NCBI GenBank assembly: GCA_965655095.1
Contig: CBFHFQ010000233.1
Span: 1 to 64,000, forward strand
Length of the DNA: 64,000 nt
Reading direction: 5' to 3'
Source: Haplodiscus bocki
Taxonomy: Eukaryota
Each line of letters opens with the position of its first letter. Position 1 is the stretch's first letter. Position numbers and translations under genes: made by a program. Below are positions 39,101-51,745 of the stretch, piece by piece. The notes under the pieces are model-generated. The model saw only the letters and a list, made by a program, of their open reading frames with translations, had not been told where the DNA came from and did not search any database.

Positions 39101-39931
39101 ATTTTTATAAACGATATCTACTCAAAACCACCCAAAAAGAACTACCCGACAAACAAAACTGAAGTTTACCATATTGATGACATTTGGGGTCTAGTTATAT
39201 TAGATATAAAAGATTACGGTCCTGAAAACAATAGAGGATACAGATATGTTTTAGTTATCAAAGACAATTTCAAAAAATTTGGTTGGACAACACGTGTCAA
39301 GAATAAAAATGCTCAAACAATAAAAGACTCTCTCGGAAAATTTTTGAAAAGTTCAAAAAGAAAACCAAGTTTAATTGAAATTCATCGAGGCAATGAATTC
39401 TATAACAATATTTTTCAAGACTTCCTAAATAAAAACACCATCAAAATTTAATCGAGAAATATTTCTGTAGGACATGTTTATGCAGAAAGATTTATTAGAA
39501 CTATTAAAAGTCTTCCTAAAAGACCTAATTTTGAAAGAGGTGATGCTAATTGGATTGATGTATTCCTACAACAACAAATTAAAATGATAATCGAGTACGT
39601 ACTTTTACTAAGTTGACGCCAATTCAAGCAAGTTTAAAAAAGAATGAAAGATTCGTTTACAATACTTTATTAGACAAACGACAGAAAATTAAACCAAAAT
39701 TTCAAGTAAACGATTTCGTTCGAGTTGCTGATTTAAAGAAAACTTTTTCAAAAAGAGATACAATTAATTGGTCTTATATTTTTGTAAAAAATTACAGAAA
39801 TAATCATGGATACAATACCAAGTTGTAAAATCAACAATTTAAAAGAAAGATATAATGAAGCTTTACCGAAAAAGACAGAGTTAACATTGAAAGAAAAATA
39901 TAGTGTTATGAAACAAATAAATTTAAACTAG
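39081..39931 (+). pseudogene. retroviral-like (rve/c-integrase) DDE integrase, inactivated
   Basis: IDDIWGLVILD...GYRYVLVIKDNFKKFGW...KPSLIEIHRGNEF...AERFIRTIK...TPIQAS...PKFQVNDFVRV...NWS; first two catalytic Asp replaced (V, H); stops and frameshifts. Confidence 0.92.
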
Positions 39932-39963
39932 GTCGATCAATCGTTGTCCATCTGAGCCTATGC

Positions 39964-41189
39964 TTACTAATCTACTTTGTCAAAACTAAAGCATAGCCAA
40001 ATATCCCAGCGGGAAATTTTTTTGCAGAGTTGAATTCTACTTAAGTTGGTTGAACACGAGCTTATTCGAAGTTTTTCTGATATCTTATATCGAAACTGTG
40101 TGTATTCTAACCATTAGCACTGCCATCATTAGACGATCTAAAATCATCTTCATTTGAATATGGTTGGCGTATTTCGTCTTTTGTTAGAGCTCTAGAAGCT
40201 TCTTTTATTTGACCAGATCCTCGAGAATAATCATCATCATCGTAGTTTGATAATATACCAACATCTGGATATTTATCGGTTCCAATAAAACATTGAGCGG
40301 ATCTGATGGGAAGTCTAACAAAAGTATCGTTGTTCAAATTTTGATCGTGCTGCGTATCACTTTGTTGGAAAGCCGTAAAAATCCATATAGGAAGGTTGAT
40401 GCCTTCTTGAGTGCCTATTTCAAAACTCCGAAAATTGTGAGTTTTTACTTCTTTCATGAAAACGCTTGTTTCTGGATATCGAAGCTCTGTAGGTGTTTCA
40501 TTTATAATCTGTTTCATTAGCACACGTTGTTGTTCAAAACTCGGTCTATAATGTGGTGTAAACCAATCGATGCTGTTATTTTTAATTTTACCATTGTTGG
40601 TTGCATTACCTTTGTTCGAAACAGCGTTATCACTACTTCTTGTTAATGTTAGTCTATAACGGAGACCGAAAGTAGCCTAAGTAGCTTTTTCTTGGTGTTC
40701 TGCAAATCCAAATTTACCTTTCAACCTGATTCGAACATGATATTTTCCTTTTGTATCTTTATTATTGGTCAACTCACGTTGTCTTTTTCCACGATCCTTT
40801 TCGAAACCAATAGATAAATCATTAGTATCTCTAGCGCTAGTTATTAGTTTAAACATTTAGGAAACAATATCTGCATGGGTAATATCTTCCATTTGTTTTC
40901 CACTGCTTGTTGTCAACTTATAATTACTAAATAAAGCAATGGGTCCTAGATTAACTAACCTTATATCGTCAGCAACTGCATATCGGTTATTGGTAGCAGC
41001 ATAGACAACATCAAAATTTAAATCAAGATAACTAATCAACAATGAAACAACACTATCTTCTCTTGGTAATTTAATATATATTTGAGCATTAGCAGTTTCT
41101 ATTGTACTAATTTCACATGGACTATATCGTATATAATCACATTTTAAAATGTTTCTATTACCTTCATTTTTTTCATTTAAATTAAACTT
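39964..41189 (-). pseudogene. putative double jelly-roll major capsid protein of the Polinton, fragmented
   Basis: ~400-codon broken frame with beta-rich segments SYLDLNFDV, GPIALFSNYKLTTSSGK, PIWIFTAFQ...TFVRLPIRSAQCFIGTDKYP; size and position fit a Polinton MCP. Confidence 0.75.
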
Positions 41190-41252
41190 TTAAGTAGTAA
41201 AAAAAACAAATATACGTACAACTAAACTACTAGTGTTTATGAATAATTATAC

Positions 41253-42105
41253 TTATTGAAGTGAATGATTATATTTAAATAGAATTTGTTTATGTTGTTG
41301 TTTAGATAAGCATTTGTTTTCTAATAGTTTATCAATTTTAGCAAAAATTTCTTTGCTAATTAAATCTGAATTGTTTCCAGCATGTTTTTCTTGTAGTAAT
41401 TTTTTTAACATATTACAAAGTTCGTCAGAATCAGATGATAAGAGTATTATAATTGAAATTTCCGCAACCATGATAGCTGGTCATTTCAGTAATTTTGAAA
41501 GTGTACGATCTCGAGTAGACTAATCACCTGTACCTCCTAAATTGCAATTCATTTCTTTCGCAAAATCATACATTATTTTTTTTATCCGCCAAACTACCAA
41601 GATCAACATTGTAGTTTTTGTTAGATATCGTTTTCAAAAGATCTCCTTTCAATTCAAATTCTTTACCTGTATCACGAAATGTTAACCAAATTGTCATGTA
41701 AAGTAATTGGTATTGTTTTCTTTAATAAAAAATCATTAACTCTATTTAAGCCAGAATCTTTCACTAATTTGAATTGAGTACTGTTTTCGGGGTTAGTGAT
41801 TTTAGATGAAGGAGACATCAAATAAGTTGCTAATGTACCTCTATCATTAATTATTTCTAGAAGTTTGTTGTTTAAATTTTCTAGTAATTTGTTGTTTTTA
41901 ACAGAAGTTTCTGTAATAGTTTTCGTTATATTTTCAGAGGTAATTTTAATTGTATCAGTAACTGGTTCGAATGCTTTTTTATATTCTCCTGATAATTTTG
42001 TTCACCTATTTTATCTTGCAATCTGACAACTTCTACTTGATTTTGTAATGAAGCCAGCTCTTCTAATTTTTCCAAATCGTCTCTTTCTTTAATTGAATAT
42101 AACAT
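41253..42105 (-). pseudogene. conserved uncharacterised Polinton ORF
   Basis: MLYSIKERDDLEKLEELASLQNQV...AFEPVTDTIK N-terminus and SSDSDELCNMLKKLLQEKHAGNNSDLISKEIFAKIDKL C-terminus; frameshifted. Confidence 0.6.
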
Positions 42106-42291
42106 TCAAAAGAATGTGAAAGTGATTGTTAACAGATAATGTGAATGTGATTGTTTAAAGAAAAAAAAGAAAGTAATCTAGTCTTATATGTGTATTTATA
42201 GTTTTATTCATACTTTTATATGAGTAAGTCAAGGAATAAAATTTCTAGTTACTAATATAAGAGTTCTTGTATCAATAAGAGTCATATGTTT

Positions 42292-42929
42292 TCAAAAAGC
42301 GCTTTCGTCTGAGGTGTTGCTTATACATAGGTTTTTTGCTTTCATTACAAATACAACATTTTCCTTGATCTTTCTTCTTAGATCTCTCAATACAAAGATA
42401 ATTATAAACTTCTTCCCATGATTATCTGCATAATTTTTTAAATTCATCATAACTCATATCTTAACCTGCAACATCTCTATATATATGTTCAAAAACTTTT
42501 AATGTTCGCTTAAACAGAATAGTTTTAATACTATTATTTCTTATAGTTCTCTCGGCAAATCAAAATAGGATTAAGATAAACAATAAATGTCTAAATCCTT
42601 ATGCCGTCCTCTAATGAAAAATTGGTCCACAATTCTGCTTTTTGACGAGCCTGAAAAATCATCAAAAACTATGATAGCATTTTCATATTGGCTCACAGGT
42701 TTTATTTCTTCTGTTATTTCTTTAATTTTGACTGTAGTTTTGGAATACTGTTCTGGACGTGATTCAATGATTATATAAATATCTCGATTTGGTATTCGGG
42801 AAAAAATTTTTAACATCAAATATGTTTTACCCGAAAAGCTAGCACCGAGCAATATTGTTCGATTGCTTTTTTTACCGTTTTCATATTTTAATTGTTCGTA
42901 AGAAGCTGTAGTTTTGTTTTGGATTGAAG
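42292..42929 (-). pseudogene. A32/FtsK-like genome-packaging ATPase
   Basis: Walker A GASFSGKT, Walker B IIVFDD, FFIRGRH motif, then S*SYFDLPERTIRNN; premature stops; 5' end reaches the gap. Confidence 0.92.
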
Positions 42930-43129
42930 NNNNNNNNNNNNNNNNNNNNNNNNNNNNNNNNNNNNNNNNNNNNNNNNNNNNNNNNNNNNNNNNNNNNNNN
43001 NNNNNNNNNNNNNNNNNNNNNNNNNNNNNNNNNNNNNNNNNNNNNNNNNNNNNNNNNNNNNNNNNNNNNNNNNNNNNNNNNNNNNNNNNNNNNNNNNNNN
43101 NNNNNNNNNNNNNNNNNNNNNNNNNNNNN
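42930..43129. other. assembly gap (200 N)
   Basis: run of N. Confidence 1.
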
Positions 43130-46100
43130 GAACAACGTTTTGTATTCATTTTGCTGAAAATTGACATTGAAACTCACTTTTCTCTAAATGTATTTAGTTT
43201 AAAATTTTCATCATAGTCTCAGTCGTCAGCATCTAACTTGAAAAGGACGTTTCAATAAAACATCATTGTTTTTTATTTTGGTCCGAATTCTGACATGCCG
43301 AAAACACCCAAAAATCTAATAATCAATAGAGATATCGGTTTTCAAACTCAAGATTTTCGTAAACTACTGACTTCACTTTTTTCATCAAGGTTCAACTGAG
43401 AGCTCCTGATTTTAAGATAAATATTCAGTGGCAAAAAATTCATTTTTTCTTTCCGTCGGAAACTTTTTGCAAAAACTGCATAAAATGCTTTACAATTAGA
43501 CACAACTAGATACTCAAATTCAAAGTTCTCACTAACCAATGGCTTGAATTGTTCCATCTCCGTCTGGGTCATAAACTCTATTTTTGCGGAATTATGAAAA
43601 AATTGAATAATGACCTTCTTATTCTGTCAAACTCCTGATACGGGCAAATTCTATTCAAACTATTGACACATCTCCACAATCAAATTCGTTTACCTTTAAA
43701 ACTACCCGCTTCACTCCTCCTGCAAAGGTCTCAATCAACAATTTTTTACTACATGAAGACTTTTTCAAAGCTCATCAATTGCAGACGGTTGAAATTAAAA
43801 CGAAGCGAAGACTCTTCAGACACCTAAAAGCAAAAAATTGGAGGCATTTTGTTTTCCTTTCACTTTCAACTCAAACTTTACTGTTGAAAACTCACGTATC
43901 TCACGGATTTTTCTGATTTCTGCAAAAACATCACGACAAACGTTCAAAGTATTAGTTACCAAATTTTATTTTACGATGCGCTAATTTTTCCATAGTTTCC
44001 CTTGCGAAAGAAACTTGAAATTCGGTCAGATTTTGGACACTTTGACCTTAGTTGTAGAATTATGGTGCGTTTGTTTTCAAACGCTGGGCTTCAAACTGCC
44101 TCGAACTTGCAAAGTCATAACAAAAAAAACTTGTTTTCTGCCTCAAACTAATTTTTTGTTGTGGTCCGACAATGTTTCGATCTTTTTCCGCGACAGAAAG
44201 CTGGAAAATGAGGTCTCTTAGGTATTTTGAACCTTTCTGTGGCATTCAAATCTTTTAATTTGGCATATAGATCCACAGTTTTTTTTGTTTTGTTTTTAAC
44301 AACTCTAACATGAAAACTCGAATCTTTCAGGGAATTAGGTTGAGGTGTTCTGACAATGTCTTTTGGTAGGTTTTCTGAGAACAAATCTGGAAAATGGAGC
44401 TTACTTCTAATAATTTCTGTCACAATTTAGTCTTTTGTACAGGGAGCAAACCCCAGAAAATGTTTGAAACTGCTTTGGAAATCAAAAGTGACATTATTTG
44501 TTATTCTAATACGTTTTGGTTGAAAACGACAACAATTTAGTTTGATTTTTTTGCCAACAAATTCAAACTCGAGCTTGAATTATTTCGATGTTCCGAAGAC
44601 CTTTGTCAACTTGAAACTTTTTTTTGGCACTTAGGTTTTGAATGCACAGGAGTTTTGTATACATTTTTTAAAAATGCTTCCTTCGTGAGATACTAGATTT
44701 CCGTTGCAGTTTCAAAGTTACTCGATAGGCTTCTCCTGCAATTAAATTTTGAAAATCCATTTTTTGAATTCTTTTATGTCAATTCGAAGCCACATGTGAA
44801 AGTAATTCCATTGACAATCCATATTTTACACGAGCATATTGGAACAACTGAGCCAAGGTTTTCTCAGATTTTGGCTGCAGTCACAAAATACAAAAACTTT
44901 CAACAGGTTTTTCAGCAAAAGAAACTTGAAAATAGAGTTTTTTGCAGCTTCTTTGATCTGTTTTGCGAACTTTGAAAGTAAGTCTGAAAAATTTAGTTAA
45001 AAAACGCTCAAAAGCTCCCAAAGCAAAACAAGGAGACACTAGTTGCGTTCTCTATTTACTTGTTTTTGTAGTTAGAAAACCATTTGCTTAATCATTTGGC
45101 AAGTGAACCTGATGGTGGAGCTATTTTGATTATTTGAAATTTTTCCTGGTGTTTTAATATTTTGGGGCAGTCACGTCTAAAAAGTGCCACTTTTTTGGTC
45201 GAAGAAAAAAACTGACTGCATTTTTTTACACTTTTTGGTCACGATCGAAAAGTTTTCTAAAAATTTTTTAAAGAACAAAATTCAAGATCGCTTTTGAACA
45301 GCTTTTTTGACTTTTCGTGGATTTTGAATCAGATATCATGGAAACAAGGACTGAAAATGGAGCCATTTTAGCGTTTCGATGATGAAAACATTCCAATGTA
45401 TCAGACATTGCAAGTTGGTTGCAGTCAGAAAAATCTTTGATAGGTTCTCTCCGAAAAAAAAATTAAAATCAATCAATTTTCAATACTTCCTACAAGCTTA
45501 GGTTGATGTCAGGCAAGTGAATCACCCAAATTTCATTTGGGAAGCAAGGGCCCTAAATTTTGTTTTTTTGGGAAGTTTTTGCCTTGAACTTTTCTCCGAG
45601 CCCTTAGTGTCTATGTTTTTTCTTTGCTTCCGAATCGCGACAGGCCATAAACGCCAAAAATAGTAACAATGAATACATCTAGGATGTCGAAATCATGTTT
45701 TTCTACAACTAAGAGGTTGAAATCTTCCATCAAGGGCTCAAATGACACCTATTTATATGATGGATCTTGATCCTTGAGTTGGATTTCTGATAATCCAAAA
45801 TGGCCAAAAAATGTAATTTTGACATCTCTATATCAAGTTCATCCAAAAATATTGGCTTGACTTCTTTTTCCAATAAAGAATCAAATAACAGCTTTTTTCT
45901 GTACAAAAAGTCGTCGATTTTTTGTACAAAAGACTTCGATTTGTAATTTCTGGAATTTTGCACAATCAGCAGATTTTCGAAGATATGCCGAAAATAGCGA
46001 AAAACGCTACTATTGTTGTTATTTTGTCGATACTCAAATTCATATTTTTCTAATGTTCTTCTGTGTTATAACACTGCTTGCTTAAGTTTAACAAAACTTT

Positions 46101-46775
46101 TTTTATGAACTAAAAATAACAAAAGTTTTAAATTAAAGAATAGAGCAAGAAATTAGAAGCTTGAATTCTTCCAACAATGTCTCAATCGAAAACTTTCTTT
46201 TTAATCGAAAAATTTGTGAGAACCATTTGTTTGTCTTCGACCAATCATTTTTACACCCCTTAGACGGAAAAAAAGCGCATTGCGACTTCACCTCCTGTGT
46301 TTTTTGTGTGAGCGTAAAGTAGAATACGATATCGGGAATCAGAAAGATTAGCAAGAATTTTTGGATTTGGCTCAAAAGGAAAAGTTATGAAATTGAAACT
46401 ATGTCAAATCTCAGGTCAGTTATCTATTTCAACATTCATATACTGTCTTTTAGCCTAAAAGATAGGCTCTTTTTCCTCCCCCCACACACACAAACACACC
46501 TAATTATGTCAACTTTCTTATGTGATTTTCTTTATATTTGGAACATTTTTGGCATTATTATTGAACAATTCTTCGAATAAGTGAAAGGACCTTCGGAAAT
46601 GTTTCTATTATTCCACTTAAAATTCAATTTGAATAGATTTGGCACATTGTGGAGTTGGGGGAGGAAACAGTTCCGAGAGATGTACTAGAAGTTGATGACA
46701 TCTACTCTACGCCGCTTGTTTGAAGACAAATATTGTTGACCTGTTAACGTGCTCCGAAACAATGAGCTGCTTCTC

Positions 46776-47577
46776 GGTTACATGTCATTTCGTCCTACGC
46801 CATTTCAACCGCTGCAATTTCAACCGTTCACACTTTCAACCGCTTGCCTTTTCGACCGCTTGCAAATTCAACCGCCACAAATTCAACCTATTTAATTAGG
46901 TTCAAGGTTCTTCAATTTTTTCAAGACGTTCGAAAACAGGTAAAGTAATTATGGAATCAATTAAACGTCATCACTAAGACAGTGTTACATAATTTCCAAA
47001 GGTCATTTTGGACAAACTACCGTATGTACCAAACTTGAAAATGTTGTTTCTGAACGTCATTAGGAAGAAATCAGATGCAATTAGCATCTCACTAGGACAA
47101 CAAACTCGAAGGGACTTTGATTTCTTGTCACGGGCTTTGAACATTTTTCTAAAGGATTAGCCAGCCCGTAGTCCAAATGTACTTCTGATCTCACAAGAGA
47201 CAATGTCTCTTGGAATAAACTGTACAGCCAGTCATGTTAATGTTCTGAGACGCACTCCGGGAGGCTGCAAGGAGGCGTCAAGACAAAAATCAAAATATTT
47301 TTACACAATTTCGCGTTAGTTTCTTATTATCGGTGTGGTAATTGCTGAATCTGGTAACTACGACGCTTTTATATTCAAACCTTATTTTAATTATTACGTT
47401 TAAAATGGATTATTCTTAATTACACTTAGTTACTGTAATTAATTGATTACTAGATAATTGAAGCGGTTGAATTTGCGGCGGTTGAAACTGCACGCGGTTG
47501 AAATGGCACGCGGTTGAAAGTGTGAACGGTTGAAATTGCAGCGGTTGAAATGGCATAGGACGAAATGTCCTGACACC
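46776..47577. mobile_element. Mutator/MULE-like non-autonomous element with modular TIRs
   Basis: GG...CC termini; ~110-bp TIRs built from tandem TTCAACCG units; 9-bp TSD CTGCTTCTC / CTGCTTTTC (1 mismatch). Confidence 0.88.
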
Positions 47578-48130
47578 CTGCTTTTCACATTTTCCAGTTA
47601 ATGGCCTCTGAATCTGAAGGTATTCCTAGTGCGTTTCCATTGCATCTCTTTTTTAATATAAAGGAGAAAATTGGTTCAAATTGTGATGTGAAGTTACCCT
47701 TAACTTGTTCATTTATTGTGCTATTGTTTGACAGATACCCAGTGCTGACCAAAATCTTGGCAAGAAAAATGCACGTAAACTTTTGGTAAGACAAACTAGA
47801 TTCCCAGCACTATGTATCACTGAAGTCACATTAAAAAATAGCCGAAGCAGAAATGGCGTAGCGTTAAAATAGAATGCCAAAAACAGATTTTTTAGAAGTG
47901 AAATTCTAAGATCACAGTGAGTTGAAAAATGCCCGCTACAAAAGTTTCTCAGAAGTTCTTCTAGTACTACTAAATTCAGAAATGTAGTTTTTTCCGTAGT
48001 TTTTTCAACTATCCATTTTTTGAACTTTTACTAGAATATCTGAAGATTGACATAAAATTGCAGCAACTTTCAGGGGAGTTGTCTGTAGATTCGAATTTTT
48101 TCCTCCAAATTTTAATTTTAACACTTTTTT

Positions 48131-48267
48131 GGAAATGCTCGATTCACACGTGAACTGGAATTGCAAGTTCATTGTTTTTGAGACAGAGATTATACGTAGT
48201 ATAAAAAAAAGGCTTCCTGTGGTGGATGGTTATTTAGTTCCAGTTCACGTGTGAATCAAGCATTTCC
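48131..48267. repeat. short inverted repeat (30-bp arms, 77-bp spacer)
   Basis: GGAAATGCTCGATTCACACGTGAACTGGAA / TTCCAGTTCACGTGTGAATCAAGCATTTCC, 1 mismatch, flanked by T and A runs. Confidence 0.85.
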
Positions 48268-49128
48268 GAAAAAAAAAACAATTCCAGAGGCAAAAACCCC
48301 CCAATTATCCCTCAATAATCCGCCACTCTTCTTATCCCCGGATCATCCGCGACATTGATATCCACCACTATTACCCACTTACCATACATGATTTTAGGCT
48401 TAGCATCGGGTTTTTCTCTTCAGTGAACACGCAATTTTTCGAAAAATTCCCCGCTCATTTTCCCTTGGGTTATCCGCCACTGTATTATCCGGTACTTTTG
48501 TTTACGGCAGAAAATCAATTGACAGTATACTTTCTTTCTGGATACTGATTTTGCATGAAAAAACAATTCAAAATAGCAAAGCCTCCACTTAGTATACTGA
48601 GCTTTAAGGGCAGCGCCAATTTTGGCCATTCCCGGTACGTTAAATTTCAAATCAAAAATTTCTGACGAAATGATTTTCAATAAAATTGTTTTTCGGGTAA
48701 ATAATGAAGAAGATAATTCCATAATACCCCCAAAAATCGCAACTCGGTTTCCAAGTGTAGAATTTTTGTTTCAATGTTTGAATTTTAATATTGCAAAATT
48801 TACTAGATTGGAAATGTATGGTACAATTCATAGTACCTGACTCTGCAATTTGACCAAAATCGATAAAAATTGGGTTTGTTCGAAATCAGTCCACGAAAAA
48901 AAGCTACTGTAATGGTCTGCCACTTTTCTTTTACTTTTAATAAAGAGCCGATTAAATGGATATTTTCCAAAAAAAAAGATGGTCGTTTATCTCGACAATC
49001 GCTTTGGAAATAGCTTCTTCACTCCAAAAATTGTTGGTTTCAGTCAATGAGCGACAACAGTTGAGTAGCTCACAGATCTTTGATACTCTCCAATATCTCC
49101 ATGCTACAATAAACCCGGAAGGAGTGAG

Positions 49129-51021
49129 TGTCGGGCGAGTATCCCGCGGTGGTAAGTGGTGCCACTGTTGGGAATCTAGAGGATCCCGGTACTTCACTGT
49201 AAGGTGACTCATACTGATGTAGGGTCTCCCGGGAACTCGCCGTAGTAGTTTCCTTAGCCGAGTTCTTTTGAATCAAGCGGTCCATCATTTCGGTAAGGGC
49301 AGTGTTTTGCGCATGTAGAAGTTCAAGACTCGCCTTTATCTTCTCATCGACTAAATCCGGAGAGAATCTCATGCTATTCTCATCATTATCTTCAATTATT
49401 CCGTCTCTGCATCTCCCGTTGTTTCATCTTTGTGTGCTGAAATTTCTGGTTGCGTTCTTGAGTCGTACAAATTTCCACTTCTTAACGTCTTAAACTTATA
49501 GAAAAAGTTCATACAATCGACAAGAGGTAAACTATGACTTGGGCCGATATATTTTGCACAAATAGTATGTTTTTTAAAGTTTAAAAACTAAGTTTAAAAA
49601 CCGATACTAAACGATGTATCAATTTGTTAAGTCACTGCTGGTTACGCGAATTATTACAATCTAACTGGTTATCACGTGGTTAATCTGGTGAGTTTTTGGT
49701 TACTGAGGTTACTGCGGATTTGCTCTTCGCGGTCGGATTTACGCGGTCACGTGACCGATGGTAAAACGCAATTCTTACCACCGGTGAGCCCATATTGGCT
49801 CGGTAGCCTATAAACTAATTAGTTAATTACTAAGTGACGCCCAAATCTACCGCTAGAGCGACAAATGCATGATTTTTTTCCAAATTTTAACATTATATCT
49901 GCATAAATTAAATATGGCGTAAATAAGCTCTGAATCATTGAAAAAAAGGCTAAATATGAGAGAAATGAACGCTATATGGGTGACAAAAACTCGTTAGGGG
50001 TGTTTGGGACATTTTCCAATTTACATCGGAAATTGTCCGGGCGTTGCGTCTCCAATCATACTAGTTCAAATCAAACATCGGGAAAAGTCTGTTTAAATCA
50101 CGTATCAACTAACTCAGTGTTTGTACTCCGCAGACAGCTATGGTCCATCTGGGACGTTGGAATATGTCTTAGTTCTGATACATCAGGGAATTAATTGTAC
50201 AGACATTGGAAAATCTCTGCTTGCATGTATTCAAATATTCAGTACATTGTAATTTATTATCAAATTCTCAGACATTGGAAAATGTCTGAGATCTGGCGCA
50301 AGCTGCTCTCCCGACGGAAACCGATTTGTGTTGTCTGTTTCTATCCATGGTTCCTGTCGGCGGCTCAGCTGCGGAGTCAATGTCTACCGTTTTCCATCTT
50401 GGACGGATGGAAAACGAGGTACATCTCTACTTTCTCCCAAATCCATTCTGTTTTGTCTTATCTACTGCTATATCTTTCTCTAATTGAGAGTCTCGGTGTA
50501 CGTTTATTGCAGAAAGGATTTTGGAGTGAAAACATTGGAACGGATGTTTTCCGATGTGGCGCAGATTCAGCTCAATACAAGTCTATATAGTCAATTTACT
50601 GCATTACAGAGGGCACATGTAATTATTGCAGATTTCTGGCCGAAGCTTACTGGTGTCTTCTAGTCTCTTAAAGTGTACTTTCACCTTTGAGCTTCAGTCA
50701 GAATCTAGCACCTGTCGAATCTGTATTATCATGTTATTTTTGCACTATTGGTTTTGATGTTGAGTAGCAGCTGATTTGTAATATGCTCAGCGATACTTGG
50801 TTTTACAAATTACACAGCATTTTATTTAATACATAGTGGCGTTCATACCGGAGGAAAAGGGATGCAATATGACATAGTTGCATTTATACCTTTATGCGTT
50901 ATTTGGCTACAGAAATTGCATTAAGATCTTAATCACTATAGTTAGCTACAAAGATATAACACATATTCGTAGTTTTAGGGATATGTAGATAACTCAGTAT
51001 TTCCCTCCTGCAGGAATGACA
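49129..51021 (-). mobile_element. solo LTR (1893 bp) with Gag-like ORF at its 3' end
   Basis: TGTC...GACA termini; 5-bp TSD GTGAG/GTGGG (1 mismatch); minus frame KTLRSGNLY...(frameshift) MRFSPDLVDEKIKASLELLHAQ...TTAGYSPD reaches the LTR edge. Confidence 0.82.
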
Positions 51022-51745
51022 GTGGGCAAAGAAAAAAAACTAACCTTGTGAAGAGGGTCACCAAAAAACAAAATTTCAATTGTAGGCTTTTCAAACGCGC
51101 TATGAATCGTATCAATTCCTAATAATAGTTTTCAGAAAACTTTGAATAATGTTGAAAAAATTTCAATTTTAAGTCTTTTTCACCAAAATTTTGAATTTTC
51201 ACTTAAACTTATGTTCCATCTAACGTTAAAATATGATACGTTGAAAAAGAGAAATGTGAGTTGCCGAGTTTCGTTACTTCCAATGTCTGATTTTCTACTA
51301 TTTTAGCTAACAGCGGAATTATGCAGATGTTTCTGTTTTCAAAATTTCGATTACTGGACACGAACTAGTCTGACATGAAACGCATGCGGCAATCGAATAA
51401 ATTCGGGTTTCAAAGCTTAAGATCCTATTGTTGTGAACTAGACGACTTCGCTAATTTGAGTGACCCGATTTGCAGATTTATGAATGGAATCTTTCATATG
51501 TCCCAAAACAATCCTAAATGTTCTACATTTTAGGGGAGAATTAGAGGAGAGTGCATTGGTTTGACTCTAGGTTCAGTGTTTAGTCAACGTGATTGCGAGT
51601 TGTGACGTCAAAGAAGACAAAGAGATGAAAGGATGAAAGATATTGACCCACAAAATACTTTGATAAGCCCATTAACTTCAATGTCACAGTCATGTGAATA
51701 ATATTGGACAAAGATCTCTCTTGGTTCTGTCCAAGTCTTTGACTA

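Larger units (their letters stand above)
34426..42929. mobile_element. decayed Polinton/Maverick (adintovirus-like) endogenous element, truncated by the assembly gap
   Basis: Very AT-rich, intronless, gene-dense block with pPolB, integrase, capsid-like ORF and A32-like ATPase; putative left terminus AGTAAT at 34426; right end not visible. Confidence 0.92.

Noticed and set aside
46790-46890. Regularly spaced TTCAACCG repeats resembling a CRISPR array or iterons
   Set aside because: Units are ~15 bp, mirrored at the other end of the element and bounded by a 9-bp TSD, so they are transposon TIR modules; no cas genes and a eukaryotic context.
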